Shown: positions 10,122-20,038 of the stretch, in pieces | How the letters are laid out: every line of letters begins with the position of its first letter | How positions within the stretch are numbered: position 1 is the first letter of the stretch | Source: an uncultured Anaerolineales bacterium | GTDB lineage: Bacteria > Chloroflexota > Anaerolineae > Anaerolineales > Villigracilaceae | Direction: 5' to 3' | DNA length: 61,049 bases | NCBI GenBank assembly: GCA_903873975.1 | Contig: CAIQQN010000294.1 | Span: forward strand, 1 to 61,049 | Notes under the pieces: model-generated | What the model was told of the DNA's origin: nothing | What the model saw: the letters and a program-made list of their open reading frames with translations, nothing else | Database searches by the model: none | Made by a program: the position numbers and the translations under genes

Positions 10122-10761
10122 AGCCGAACTCCATGAATTTCGCGATTGGATTTTTCGATTCCGCCCGGCAACTGCTGTGCCATCCCGGCTATTGGTGCTG
10201 CTCCATGGTTGGACCGGCAACGAAAACTCCATGTGGGTATTTGCCAGCAAGCTCCCCTCACAAGTAGCTGTCCTGGCTCCGCGGGCACCTTATGCTACTC
10301 CCGAAGGCGGCTATACGTGGCGGGAGTTCCAAACAGGATTGGTGGGTTTGCTGACAATGGATAATCTACGTCCGTCTGCTGAAGCGCTGATCGGTTTTAT
10401 TGACGAATGGTCTCGCTCGGTGGGAATGAGCGCCAATCAATTTGAATTGGTCGGATTTAGCGAAGGTGCAGCCCTTTCTTTTACGCTGGCATTGATTCAT
10501 CCGGAGCGGATCCGGACACTTGCTACGCTCTCCGGCTTTATGCCTAGTGGCACAGAGGAACTACTTGCGAAACGTCCCTTGGCAGGAAAAGCAGTTTATG
10601 TTGCTCACGGGAGGCAGGATAATATGATCCCGGTGGAACAAGCCCGCAGATCCGTTGCGCTACTGGAGGGTGCAGGAGCGCAGGTTACATATTGCGAATC
10701 CGATGGCGGTCACAAAGTCAGTGCAGCCTGCCTTAAAGAACTTTCAAATACATTTAGATAA
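10105..10761 (+). CDS. Phospholipase/carboxylesterase-family alpha/beta hydrolase
   Basis: GTG start, with LLVLLHGWTGNENS, nucleophile GFSEGAA, HGRQDNMIP and GGH. Confidence 0.8.
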   Translation: MPTVIEAELHEFRDWIFRFRPATAVPSRLLVLLHGWTGNENSMWVFASKLPSQVAVLAPRAPYATPEGGYTWREFQTGLVGLLTMDNLRPSAEALIGFIDEWSRSVGMSANQFELVGFSEGAALSFTLALIHPERIRTLATLSGFMPSGTEELLAKRPLAGKAVYVAHGRQDNMIPVEQARRSVALLEGAGAQVTYCESDGGHKVSAACLKELSNTFR

Positions 10762-10847
10762 TTAGATCGCCATTGGGGTATTGGCCCAACTCTGAGCTGT
10801 GCTAAAATAGGATCCTCAATCAGATTCCAAATATAAGGGAGAAGAAA

Positions 10848-12209
10848 ATGAAACATAAAATTACTCAGTATGCAGTTGTGGTAGTGCTTGTCCTTTCTTT
10901 GCTGGGCTGCGGGAAATCAACGGTTACGACATCAACACCAACATCTCAACCTCCGGTCATCAACACGCCGGTGGCACCGGCTAATGACCTGGTCATCTCA
11001 AGCACCAATGCTTTCGTTGATTCGTATGGCACCTATCGCGTGGTTGGCGAGGTTGTCAATTATAGTAGTACGATTCTTACCTCGATTGAATTAACCCTGG
11101 AGATCAAAGACGCCTCTGGTAACTCTTTGATTACAGATGATAATGGAAACATCACGCCAAATACTACTATCTCCCCGATGCTCTATACTCTCTCTCCGGG
11201 GGAAGCCTCCCCATTCGAATATTCCTACGATACCACTAAGGGAACGCCAGCATCATATACTGTGACGATATCCGGTAAACAAACCGGTGATGCCAACCGC
11301 GCCACCCTGAAATCAGAAAACGTCCAACTCGTGGATGATGGTTCCGGTTGGTATTACCTGACCGGAGAACTGGTCAACACAGGCAGTCAGTGGGCTCACA
11401 TCAACAGCCTGGCAGGCGCCGTTCTCGATGATTCCAATAACGTGCTTTCGGCGGATTGGACCGGCACTTACACCACCGAATTGGCTCCAACAGGCGATGC
11501 GTCTGGCCGCGACCGGACTCCTTTTGAAATCAACTTCCCCAACCCGACCAACGCAACCCAGTGGTCGCTTTACTGGGATGCGGACGTGGCTGACAATGTG
11601 ACCGATTATCCGTTGGTTGTTAAAGTCACCAATTCATATTTCGATCAAAACGGTTCTGCCCACCTGGTTGGCTGGGTGACCAATAATTTCGACCAGCCGC
11701 TTGATTCCCTGGTGATTGGTGGTATTTATAGTGCGGACGGGACGGTTTTGGATGCCAGTTATTCCTTTCTTTCAATCCCAATGAAACCAGGGGAGGCAGT
11801 ACCCTTCAGCATTTCATCGTTTGGGAGTGTAGACTATAGCAAGGAACAGGCCACTCTGGTGAGTTCTTACACAGCGCAGGTTGATACTTATTTCACATCC
11901 ACACCTTCAAGTGAATTTGTTGACCTTTCTGCTACTGGAGAAACAATCCAGAAAGACGGCGCAACCTGGACTTTAAGCGGCAATGTCACCAATACTAGCG
12001 ATAAGAGTCTGAGCAGTGCCACGGTGGTAGTTATGGTTATGGATGCCCAGAGCAACCTGATTGCAATGGAATATACAACTGTCTATCCAACAGGTGATGC
12101 CATTGCAGCAGGCGAAATGAATACTTATACAGTGTCTGTCTACCTAGATCCCGCGGTTGATGCAATCGGCTTCTCTACCACTACCATGGTTGTTGGTAAT
12201 GTAAAATAA
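10848..12209 (+). CDS. Lipoprotein built from four tandem ~100-aa beta-rich repeats
   Basis: Lipobox LSLLGCG and a Thr/Pro linker. Four copies of the pattern [YW]x[VL]xGx[VL]xN...D..GN.L...PGE..PF follow (YRVVGEVVNYS.., YYLTGELVNTG.., AHLVGWVTNNF.., WTLSGNVTNTS..). Confidence 0.7.
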   Translation: MKHKITQYAVVVVLVLSLLGCGKSTVTTSTPTSQPPVINTPVAPANDLVISSTNAFVDSYGTYRVVGEVVNYSSTILTSIELTLEIKDASGNSLITDDNGNITPNTTISPMLYTLSPGEASPFEYSYDTTKGTPASYTVTISGKQTGDANRATLKSENVQLVDDGSGWYYLTGELVNTGSQWAHINSLAGAVLDDSNNVLSADWTGTYTTELAPTGDASGRDRTPFEINFPNPTNATQWSLYWDADVADNVTDYPLVVKVTNSYFDQNGSAHLVGWVTNNFDQPLDSLVIGGIYSADGTVLDASYSFLSIPMKPGEAVPFSISSFGSVDYSKEQATLVSSYTAQVDTYFTSTPSSEFVDLSATGETIQKDGATWTLSGNVTNTSDKSLSSATVVVMVMDAQSNLIAMEYTTVYPTGDAIAAGEMNTYTVSVYLDPAVDAIGFSTTTMVVGNVK

Positions 12210-12224
12210 TATTTAACAACCGAA

Positions 12225-12270
12225 ATACAATCCCGCAGCCCGTGACCGGACCGCGGGATTGTATCGTTTT
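12225..12270 (+). terminator. Rho-independent terminator after the repeat lipoprotein gene
   Basis: Perfect 12-bp stem, atacaatcccgc (12225-12236) / gcgggattgtat (12253-12264), followed by cgtttt. Confidence 0.7.
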
Positions 12271-12327
12271 AAGGCGTGTTTAAGGTGCTGATTGACTTCC
12301 TTCCCGTTTACGGTTATCCTTGGTCGC

Positions 12328-13467
12328 ATGACTTCATTCAAACGGCCCGTTTCCCGGCGTGATTTTCTGAAGCTGGCTGGTCTCGGCGTGAGCGCCATAG
12401 TACTGCGGCCCGTGGCATACAGGCTGGGTATGCCACAAACAGGCCGCGCAATGCTTCAAGTTGATTTTCCTCAAGCCGATTTACTGGGACGCAATTGTAC
12501 AGCCGACACAAGCATGCAATGGGGCGGTACGATCCCAATCATGACACATCCCGATGTTGGTAGCACGAAGGTACGAGATGCTCATCGTGACGAAGTTTTC
12601 CCCTGGCTGAAAGAAGTCAGCGCTGAAAAAATTGACGTGAATCTACCCAACCAGCGTTGGGTGGAGACTCCTGAGGGGTACATCCATTCCCTTTATCTAC
12701 AGCCTTGCCATAACCTTCCCAATACGCCACTGTCTGCGCTGCCACAGGGCCAGGCGGGTTTCTGGGGTGAAGTATCGGTACCTTATGTTGATCTTTTAAT
12801 GGAAAACCCTACTCCGGTCTCCGGATGGATGCGCGACCACATGGCCTATGGTTTACAAGCGCGCCTGTACTATTCGCAAGTAATGTGGGTCGATCAAACC
12901 CGTACATCTGATACGGGGACCATCCAATACCATGTATTTGATCGTTACGGCAATCCAGGCGACTTCTTCTGGGCAGAAGGAGCGGCTTTTCGCCCTTTGA
13001 CAGAAGAGGATGTATCACCGATCAACCCGGATGTAGACCCCGCCTCAAAGAAAATTATTGTGAATCTTAGTTACCAAACCTTAACATGTAAAGAAGGAGA
13101 CCAAGAAGTCTATTTTTGCCGTGTTTCTACAGGTATGCTGGAAGGAATGACACCGCTTGGTGAACATCCTGTTTATTGGAAGTTGATTTCAATCCGAATG
13201 GCAGCCAATACAGTGGCATCCAGCTACGATTTACCGGGGATACCGTGGACAACATTTTTTGCGCAGGGTGGAGTTGCTATTCATGGCGCAACCTCCCATA
13301 ATGACTTCGGTACAGTGCGCTCGCATGGGTGTGTTAACTGCAAACCGGAGGATGCGAAATGGATCTTCCGCTGGTCACAACCTACTGTACTAATAGAACC
13401 AGGCGACCTGGAATGGCACGATTGGTCATCTGGCAGTACACACGTGATAGTAGAAGATACTCTTTAA
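12328..13467 (+). CDS. Tat-exported L,D-transpeptidase (YkuD family)
   Basis: Twin-arginine signal SRRDFLKLAGLG and the catalytic motif IHGATSHNDFGTVRSHGCVN. Confidence 0.85.
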   Translation: MTSFKRPVSRRDFLKLAGLGVSAIVLRPVAYRLGMPQTGRAMLQVDFPQADLLGRNCTADTSMQWGGTIPIMTHPDVGSTKVRDAHRDEVFPWLKEVSAEKIDVNLPNQRWVETPEGYIHSLYLQPCHNLPNTPLSALPQGQAGFWGEVSVPYVDLLMENPTPVSGWMRDHMAYGLQARLYYSQVMWVDQTRTSDTGTIQYHVFDRYGNPGDFFWAEGAAFRPLTEEDVSPINPDVDPASKKIIVNLSYQTLTCKEGDQEVYFCRVSTGMLEGMTPLGEHPVYWKLISIRMAANTVASSYDLPGIPWTTFFAQGGVAIHGATSHNDFGTVRSHGCVNCKPEDAKWIFRWSQPTVLIEPGDLEWHDWSSGSTHVIVEDTL

Positions 13468-13482
13468 TGGTGATGTGGTGAG

Positions 13483-14202
13483 ATGAACCATTTTAATGTG
13501 ACGATTGGCCTTGCATTTTTGGCAGGCCTCGCTTCCTTTCTTTCTCCATGTGTTTTATCACTCGTGCCTGCCTATATTGGATATTTAGGCGGGCGTGCCG
13601 CAGGAGGCGAATCGTCCAGCAAGAATCGCTGGGTGATTTTCACTCACGGCCTGGCATTTGTGCTCGGTTTCAGCCTGGTCTTTATTCTTTTTAATATCAT
13701 TGCCTCAGCGCTTGGATTGTTGCTCTATGATGCGCGCACATGGCTCGCGAAAATAGGCGGGTTGGTGATTATTATTTTTGGCCTGCACATGATTGGTGTT
13801 TTCCGAATCCCTTTCTTAGAATATGATGTACGTATCCACTCCCAGGTTGATCACCGCTGGGGATACATCTCATCGGTGTTGATGGGCATCTTCTTCTCGG
13901 CCGGCTGGTCGCCTTGTATTGGACCGGTTTTGGGTTGGATCATGACCTTCTCCATTAATAGCGGTTCAATTGTCAAGGGGACAACGCTGGGAATTGCTTA
14001 TTCCACCGGGTTGGCAATTCCATTCCTATTGGCTGCCCTGGGAATCGGTTGGGTAAGTACTCTCTTACGCCGCTACAGTAGAGTGATGCGCGTAGTCGAA
14101 ATTTTCATGGGAGTTCTCCTGATTGTGGTCGGGACCCTGCTCTTTTTAGGTTCGTTTAATGTTTTGGCTAATTACATCCCTCTCATAAATTTCGGCCTAT
14201 GA
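13483..14202 (+). CDS. ccdA: Cytochrome c biogenesis / thiol-disulfide transfer membrane protein CcdA (DsbD family)
   Basis: Six TM helices with the conserved Cys-Pro motifs LSPCVLSLVPAY and WSPCIGPVLG. Confidence 0.85.
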   Translation: MNHFNVTIGLAFLAGLASFLSPCVLSLVPAYIGYLGGRAAGGESSSKNRWVIFTHGLAFVLGFSLVFILFNIIASALGLLLYDARTWLAKIGGLVIIIFGLHMIGVFRIPFLEYDVRIHSQVDHRWGYISSVLMGIFFSAGWSPCIGPVLGWIMTFSINSGSIVKGTTLGIAYSTGLAIPFLLAALGIGWVSTLLRRYSRVMRVVEIFMGVLLIVVGTLLFLGSFNVLANYIPLINFGL

Positions 14203-14331
14203 GTGTGAATAAAAAAATGTATTATCCGACTTATTAGTTTATTAATGCGAGTGTGGTTAAGTGCACAATTATTAGTAACCCCATAAGGAAGATGTGGTCG
14301 ACAAAAACCTTTTCCGGACAGGCATAAACAA

Positions 14332-15324
14332 ATGATCACTGTTACGTTATATACCCGTGCTAGTTGTGAACTATGCAAGCAAGCCGAAGAAGATCTGAAA
14401 GCCTTGCAAGAAGTGACCCCGCATCAACTTGCGGTTCTCGATATTGATTCGGATCCTTCTATAAGGGACACCTTTGCCCTGGAAATCCCTGTCGTGGAAG
14501 CGGGACCGTTCCGGCTAAAAGCGCCTTTTACGCGACAGGAATTGCAGATGACTCTCGGCGCAGCTGCTGACCGTCTGGCGCAATTGGAGAAGATTAACGA
14601 TAAAACATTCCAGGTGAACACCTCGCGCATTCAGACGATCAGCAAAGCGGACAAAATCTCTTATTGGATCTCGAGACATTACCTAGCCATTTTCAATTTG
14701 TTTCTGATCCTATACATCGGTATCCCATTCCTGGCACCGATTTTCAAAAAGGTGGGCTGGAATACACCGGCCGAGGTGATATACAAAATTTACAGTCCAC
14801 TTTGCCACCAGTGGGCTTTCCGCTCATTTTTCTTATTTGGCGAACAGGCTTATTATCCGCATGCGGCGGCAAAAATACCCGGCGTGCTAACATTTGAACA
14901 GGTTAGTGGCTTCACTGACCTGAACGATCCCAGCCGGCTCCAGGCACGACTTTTCGAAGGCAAACCGTTGCTAGGTTATAAGGTTGCCTTATGTGAGCGG
15001 GATGTTGCCATCTGGGGCGCAATGGCTTTGTTTGGAGTGGTTTATGCCCTCACGGGGCGGAAACTACCAAAACTACACTGGCTCATCTGGGTGCTGGTCG
15101 GGTTGGGACCGATTGGCTTGGATGGCTTCTCGCAGTTATTCAGCCAGATCCCCAACACGTTCATCCAATCCATCCTACCATATCGTGAGAGCACCCCGCT
15201 CCTGCGCGTGCTGACCGGTTCCTTGTTTGGCCTTACCACTGCCTGGTTTATGTTCCCGCTTATCGAAGAAAGCATGGCTGATACACGCCGTTTGCTGGCC
15301 AAGAAGTTCGCCGTTCTTAAATAA
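14332..15324 (+). CDS. Glutaredoxin-like (CxxC) domain fused to a DUF2085-type membrane protein
   Basis: N-terminal thioredoxin fold (TLYTRASCELCKQA..IPVV), then a multi-TM body with SPLCHQWAFRSF and ALCERDVAIWG. Confidence 0.7.
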   Translation: MITVTLYTRASCELCKQAEEDLKALQEVTPHQLAVLDIDSDPSIRDTFALEIPVVEAGPFRLKAPFTRQELQMTLGAAADRLAQLEKINDKTFQVNTSRIQTISKADKISYWISRHYLAIFNLFLILYIGIPFLAPIFKKVGWNTPAEVIYKIYSPLCHQWAFRSFFLFGEQAYYPHAAAKIPGVLTFEQVSGFTDLNDPSRLQARLFEGKPLLGYKVALCERDVAIWGAMALFGVVYALTGRKLPKLHWLIWVLVGLGPIGLDGFSQLFSQIPNTFIQSILPYRESTPLLRVLTGSLFGLTTAWFMFPLIEESMADTRRLLAKKFAVLK

Positions 15325-15335
15325 TAGAATTTTGT

Positions 15336-16115
15336 ATGCCTTTTCAGTCGCACGATGAAATCCGATATTTTCAATTCGAGCAATTGGGCAGGGGTCTGAC
15401 CCATGCTATTTTTACCAGGCGGGGAGGTGTCAGCCCGGAACCGTGGGCTGAATTGAACCTCGGCAGCACGGTCGGTGATGACCTGGAGCGGGTGCGTGAA
15501 AACCGTCGACTCGCGCTGGAAACCCTGGAGCGCGACCCGGCTTCTGTTTATGATGTTTGGCAAGTACATGGGGTTGAGGTGGCTATTGCTGAAGCCCCGC
15601 GCGCGCCAGATGCGCCCCATTTGCAAGCAGATGCCATCCTGACGGACAAGCCGGGGCTTACTCTGATGATGCGCTTCGCGGATTGCGTTCCAATCCTGCT
15701 TCACGACACTGTCCACAAGGTCGTGGGCATTGCCCATGCCGGCTGGATGGGCACAGTGCGCGGCACGGTTCGTTTTGCGGTAGAAGCGATGCAAAAACGC
15801 TATCACTCAAATCCGGCCGATATCCGAGCAGCGATTGGCCCATCCATCGGCCCGGATCATTATGAGGTCGGTCCGGATGTAGCCATTCAGGTGCAGCAAG
15901 CTTTTGGGAGCGATGCTGCAAGTTTGCTCTCGGTGAGTTCTGATCACATAAAATTAGACCTATGGGCAGCCAATCGTCTGCTCCTTGAACAAGCCGGGGT
16001 GCGTCATATTGAAGTGGCTGGATTGTGTACAGCCTGTCATACCGAGGATTGGTATTCGCATCGCGCTGAAAAGGGGCGTACCGGCCGATTTGGAATAATC
16101 ATTGCATTGGTATAA
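15336..16115 (+). CDS. pgeF: Peptidoglycan editing factor PgeF / YfiH (DUF152)
   Basis: VHG, DAILTD, FADCVPILL, HAGWMGT and CTACH..WYSHR. Confidence 0.85.
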   Translation: MPFQSHDEIRYFQFEQLGRGLTHAIFTRRGGVSPEPWAELNLGSTVGDDLERVRENRRLALETLERDPASVYDVWQVHGVEVAIAEAPRAPDAPHLQADAILTDKPGLTLMMRFADCVPILLHDTVHKVVGIAHAGWMGTVRGTVRFAVEAMQKRYHSNPADIRAAIGPSIGPDHYEVGPDVAIQVQQAFGSDAASLLSVSSDHIKLDLWAANRLLLEQAGVRHIEVAGLCTACHTEDWYSHRAEKGRTGRFGIIIALV

Positions 16116-16122
16116 TCAAGCC

Positions 16123-16848
16123 ATGGATGAAACACTGATCTCTGCAATCCGTGAACGCTATCAGCGCGTGCTAGGTCAGATTGCCGAGGCTAAGGTCCGG
16201 TCCGGGCGCGAAGCGGAAGCAGTACGCCTGGTGGTCGTATCCAAATCTCAGCCGCTGGAAGTGGTCCGGGCTGCGATTGCGGCGGGGGTGTCCATCCTGG
16301 GCGAAAATTACGCCGAGGAAGCCGTCGACAAAATCGCGGCTCTCCCAGAAACTGCGGTAGAATGGCACATGATCGGCCACGTTCAAAGCCGCAAGGCCGA
16401 TTTGGTGGCAAGGCACTTTTCTTTACTGCATTCGCTTGACAGCATCAAACTTGCCGGGCGGCTGGACCAGTCCTGTGAAAAGTCAGGCAGGACGCTTCCG
16501 GTGTTGATGGAGGTTAATGTCAGCGGGGAGGAGAGCAAATTTGGCTTCCCAGCCTGGGATGAGCGCCGCTGGTCCAACCTGGTGCCTGCGATCGAACAAA
16601 TCATGACATTTCCACGTCTGCGGTTGGGTGGACTGATGACCATGCCACCCTTCTTCGATGATCCAGAGCAGACGCGCCCTTACTTTCAGCGTTTACGTCG
16701 GTTGCAGCATTTTCTGAAGGAGCGCTTTACTGGTTCCAATTTGACAGAGCTATCGATGGGAACCAGCGTGGACTTTATTGCTGCCGTTGAAGAAGGAGCA
16801 ACTTATGTACGAGTGGGCCAAGCCATTTTAGGATCGCGCCCGGTTTAG
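16123..16848 (+). CDS. yggS: YggS-family pyridoxal-phosphate homeostasis protein
   Basis: VRLVVVSKSQP, GENYAEE, WHMIGHVQSRK and LSMGTSVDF. ATG 16123 is preferred over the overlapping TTG at 16102. Confidence 0.85.
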   Translation: MDETLISAIRERYQRVLGQIAEAKVRSGREAEAVRLVVVSKSQPLEVVRAAIAAGVSILGENYAEEAVDKIAALPETAVEWHMIGHVQSRKADLVARHFSLLHSLDSIKLAGRLDQSCEKSGRTLPVLMEVNVSGEESKFGFPAWDERRWSNLVPAIEQIMTFPRLRLGGLMTMPPFFDDPEQTRPYFQRLRRLQHFLKERFTGSNLTELSMGTSVDFIAAVEEGATYVRVGQAILGSRPV

Positions 16849-16855
16849 AGGATTT

Positions 16856-17116
16856 ATGATTAATATTGTGGTAAAAATAATCAGTACACTTGCGAATCTT
16901 ATCGTTTTACTGGTGATCGTTGATTTGGTACTTTCTTTTTTTCTCAACCCATTCCACTTAGTACGCAGTGCACTGGACCGTGTTCTTCAGCCGTTGTTAG
17001 CGCCTATTCGGAGAGTCGTTCCACTGGTAGGGATGTTTGACTTGAGTCCGTTGATTTTAATCATCCTGGTTGAAATCTTATCCTATGCGCTGATCAGTTT
17101 TCTTTATGCTCTTTGA
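16856..17116 (+). CDS. yggT: YggT-family small membrane protein
   Basis: 86 aa, two TM helices, LAPIRRVVPLVGMFDLSPLI motif. It sits in the conserved yggS-yggT-yggU order. Confidence 0.75.
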   Translation: MINIVVKIISTLANLIVLLVIVDLVLSFFLNPFHLVRSALDRVLQPLLAPIRRVVPLVGMFDLSPLILIILVEILSYALISFLYAL

Positions 17117-17124
17117 GGTGCCTT

Positions 17125-17436
17125 ATGGGATCGAGGTCTTTTCATTTGCATGATGGCAAGAAGGGGGCAGCCCTGGCAGTGCGGGTTACACCGCGCGCCA
17201 GCAAGAATGAAATTGTTGATATTTTGAGCGATGGGACGGTCAAAGTTCATCTGACAGCACCACCATTGGAAGGGAAGGCCAACGCGGCGCTTCTCGAGTT
17301 TCTAGCAAAAGTACTGGATGTCCCGCTGAAACAGTTGGATATTGTGGCTGGAGCTGGCGGACGCGACAAGTTGATTTCAGTGATCGACATGGACGCGAAT
17401 ACACTCCATAAAAAGATAGTGGATCACATCGGCTAA
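17125..17436 (+). CDS. DUF167 (YggU) protein
   Basis: LAVRVTPRASKNEIV and APPLEGKANAALLEFLAKVL. ATG 17125 follows GAGGTG. Confidence 0.8.
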   Translation: MGSRSFHLHDGKKGAALAVRVTPRASKNEIVDILSDGTVKVHLTAPPLEGKANAALLEFLAKVLDVPLKQLDIVAGAGGRDKLISVIDMDANTLHKKIVDHIG

Positions 17437-17485
17437 AAACTATCTCCCCCAGAAAATCTGCGGGAGATATACTTTGTAGAGGAGT

Positions 17486-19918
17486 CTATGGAACCGTCGG
17501 GTAAAGCGACCGGTACATCGAATATATTTCGTAGATGCTGATGATATAAGTACGCGTTTCATCTGAACGGATGACTTCCACAAACAAGTCGGAGTCCGGG
17601 CCAGAAAGATCGCGCCAGATGGCAGCGGCTTCAGGGCCGGCATTGTAGGAGGCCAAGGTTATGAAAAGGTCTCCATTGAAGCGGATGCGTTGAGTCATCA
17701 GATAGGACAAGCCCAGACCAATACTGACCATTGGCCGATACAGATCATCTGATGTGTAATTTGGGGGCCAGCCCAGGTTATTTACAATGAATTGCCCTGT
17801 GTCGGGCAATATTTGCATCAGACCAAGTGCTCCTTTCCCTGAACCAGCAAACTTGTTATAAAGACTTTCCTGACGCATGATGGAAAACAGGAAGATGGGA
17901 ACGAATCCAGTTTGTTGAGCAGCAGGAAGGATGAGGTCCTGATAATATAAACCGTAGCGGACATGGTTGAAGTAAACGGGTGCGGCCAATGATTGTGACT
18001 GGGTGTTCATCCCAGCTAGTGTGAGCACCTGACGGAACGTATGAATAGCCGGGTAGTAGAGTCCCAGGTCGAGCAAATAATTAGCTAGGCGATAGCAATC
18101 AGCAGCGTTTTGTTCAACAGCGGCGCGCAGGGCATCAAATTCTAGACGGGCTTGGGCATCCAGACCAAGCGTTAAAAACTCGGTGCCGCGGACGAGACGC
18201 GGGTCGGCGAGAAGCCCGCCAGGATTGCTGAGATCGGTATCCGTTGGCAGATTGAAGATCACGCGCAGCCAAGCCTCGGCTTCGGAGCGTTCGGTGGTCA
18301 GGTTTACGGTCAGGTTGACAGAAGGCGACTCGTCGAAGGCAGGTCGGTTAAATAGCATATCCTGGGCGTGCAGGCTGTAATAATCAGTTAGATCGAGAGC
18401 TGCGGTCTGCTGCCAGGTGGCCTGCGCGGAAGCAGTATCACCCAGGGCTTGTTGCGCCTTGCCAATCCAGAAATGGGCACGTGTTTGGTCTTCCAAAATC
18501 GTGGACAGGAGGGAGTCGCGCTGGAAGGCAACCAGGGCATCGTTATATTTTCCAAGGCGGTAACGGGCAATTCCAGCCCAGAAGAGAGCCTGCGGGACGA
18601 GTTCGCTGGAGGGATATTCGTTAGCTACTCTATCCCAGGTTTTAGCGGCCTCTTCCAGTTCCCCATTACGTTCCTGGATGCGGCCAGCCTCCAACAGGTA
18701 GCTTGGGGCTTCTGCAACTGCGGGTGCTTGTTGAACAAAGCTGAGCAGAGTCTGCGCGGCAGCATCATACTGGCTTAAGAAATACCATTGGGTAAAGGCG
18801 AGCCCCGGGAGAGCGTTATTTCCATTCCAGGCGGCTGCCCAATGTGGATTATCCGGGTAGTCCTGGATAAACACTTCCCATGACTGGACTGCATCTTCAT
18901 ATTGACCCAAAGCGAATAACGTGAGCGCTTTGTAATAGACTGCTGTGCCATCATTTTGGGGGTTGGCATCCATACAACGCTGGAATGCATCCAGGGCATA
19001 ACTATTTTGGCCAGCGAAATAATCCACTAGACCTCGATTCATATCATCGGTTGGAATGCCGGCATTCACCAGCGCCACCAATGCTGAATACGAATCGTAA
19101 GCAAGGGGATAATTAGCCACTGCATGAAGAAAGCGCTGATAGGCCTGGTCGGTTTCTCCGAGAGACAGGTAGATTTGACCAATGAGTAAATCCATCTGGG
19201 CTTTTACATAATCATTCGAGCTTGCTGTGAAAATTGTGTCATACATAGCCAAAGCCGAGCTGGTATCCCCTTGACGGATATAGGCTTGGGCTATATTAAT
19301 CTGCAAGGCAGTATCGTCCTCGATGTGGGGAGCGGCCAATGCAGCCTGGTAGGCAGCAATGGCCTCGGTATTATTACCATTGGAAACATAGGCGTCACCG
19401 CGGAGATGCTGTACATAAGCATCAATCACACCGGGACGGAGCGACAGATAAACGGTATAAGCTTGGGCAGCTTCTAGAAACCTTTCGAGCGCCATGAAAA
19501 TCTCACCCATCAAGAAATACGCGCGGATTGCATTTGGAGAAGTCGGAAACTGACTGGTCAACTGCTGAAGGGTTATCAACGCCCGGCCATAGTTCTTAAC
19601 GGCATATTCATCGCGTGCCACTCCCCATAATGCAGCTGCTCGTATATCTGGGTCAGTGGATGAATCAAAAGCGGTTTGATATTCGTTGAGCGCCTGATCA
19701 TAGTCACCGTTAAAGAGAGCCTGGTCACCGGCCTTGATACGGACTTCAGGGGTAGGTGTCGGTGAGGGTGTGAAGGTGGGCAGAGGTGTATCTGATGGAG
19801 TGACACCCAGCGGGAGGGTTGGGCTGGTGGTCCCGGTGGGGACGAGTGGTCCGGGGCTTGCACAGCTTGCAAGAAGGACAGCAATACACAGGCCAAGATT
19901 CATGCGTCTGATCTTCAT
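17486..19918 (-). CDS. Lipoprotein with a long TPR-like region and a C-terminal lytic transglycosylase (SLT) domain
   Basis: Signal and lipobox (MNLGLCIAVLLASC) and a Pro/Thr linker. The SLT motifs are IMRQESLYN..GALGLMQI..YNAG. The start is trimmed to ATG 19918. Confidence 0.8.
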   Translation of the reverse strand: MKIRRMNLGLCIAVLLASCASPGPLVPTGTTSPTLPLGVTPSDTPLPTFTPSPTPTPEVRIKAGDQALFNGDYDQALNEYQTAFDSSTDPDIRAAALWGVARDEYAVKNYGRALITLQQLTSQFPTSPNAIRAYFLMGEIFMALERFLEAAQAYTVYLSLRPGVIDAYVQHLRGDAYVSNGNNTEAIAAYQAALAAPHIEDDTALQINIAQAYIRQGDTSSALAMYDTIFTASSNDYVKAQMDLLIGQIYLSLGETDQAYQRFLHAVANYPLAYDSYSALVALVNAGIPTDDMNRGLVDYFAGQNSYALDAFQRCMDANPQNDGTAVYYKALTLFALGQYEDAVQSWEVFIQDYPDNPHWAAAWNGNNALPGLAFTQWYFLSQYDAAAQTLLSFVQQAPAVAEAPSYLLEAGRIQERNGELEEAAKTWDRVANEYPSSELVPQALFWAGIARYRLGKYNDALVAFQRDSLLSTILEDQTRAHFWIGKAQQALGDTASAQATWQQTAALDLTDYYSLHAQDMLFNRPAFDESPSVNLTVNLTTERSEAEAWLRVIFNLPTDTDLSNPGGLLADPRLVRGTEFLTLGLDAQARLEFDALRAAVEQNAADCYRLANYLLDLGLYYPAIHTFRQVLTLAGMNTQSQSLAAPVYFNHVRYGLYYQDLILPAAQQTGFVPIFLFSIMRQESLYNKFAGSGKGALGLMQILPDTGQFIVNNLGWPPNYTSDDLYRPMVSIGLGLSYLMTQRIRFNGDLFITLASYNAGPEAAAIWRDLSGPDSDLFVEVIRSDETRTYIISIYEIYSMYRSLYPTVP

Positions 19919-20009
19919 GGAAATGCTTATAACGCGAGATGGAAGGGGTGTCAATGCGTTTAGTTCTGTAAAGAAATATCCTGAATATGGGATTGTGAAA
20001 TATTTCATA

Positions 20010-20038
20010 TTGTAATTATATTAATAGCGTGCTATATT
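20010..20038 (+). promoter_or_regulatory. Putative sigma-70-type promoter for the 20101 lipoprotein gene
   Basis: TTGTAA (20010-20015), a 17-nt spacer, then TATATT (20033-20038). The start codon downstream has a strong AAGGAGG. Confidence 0.35.
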
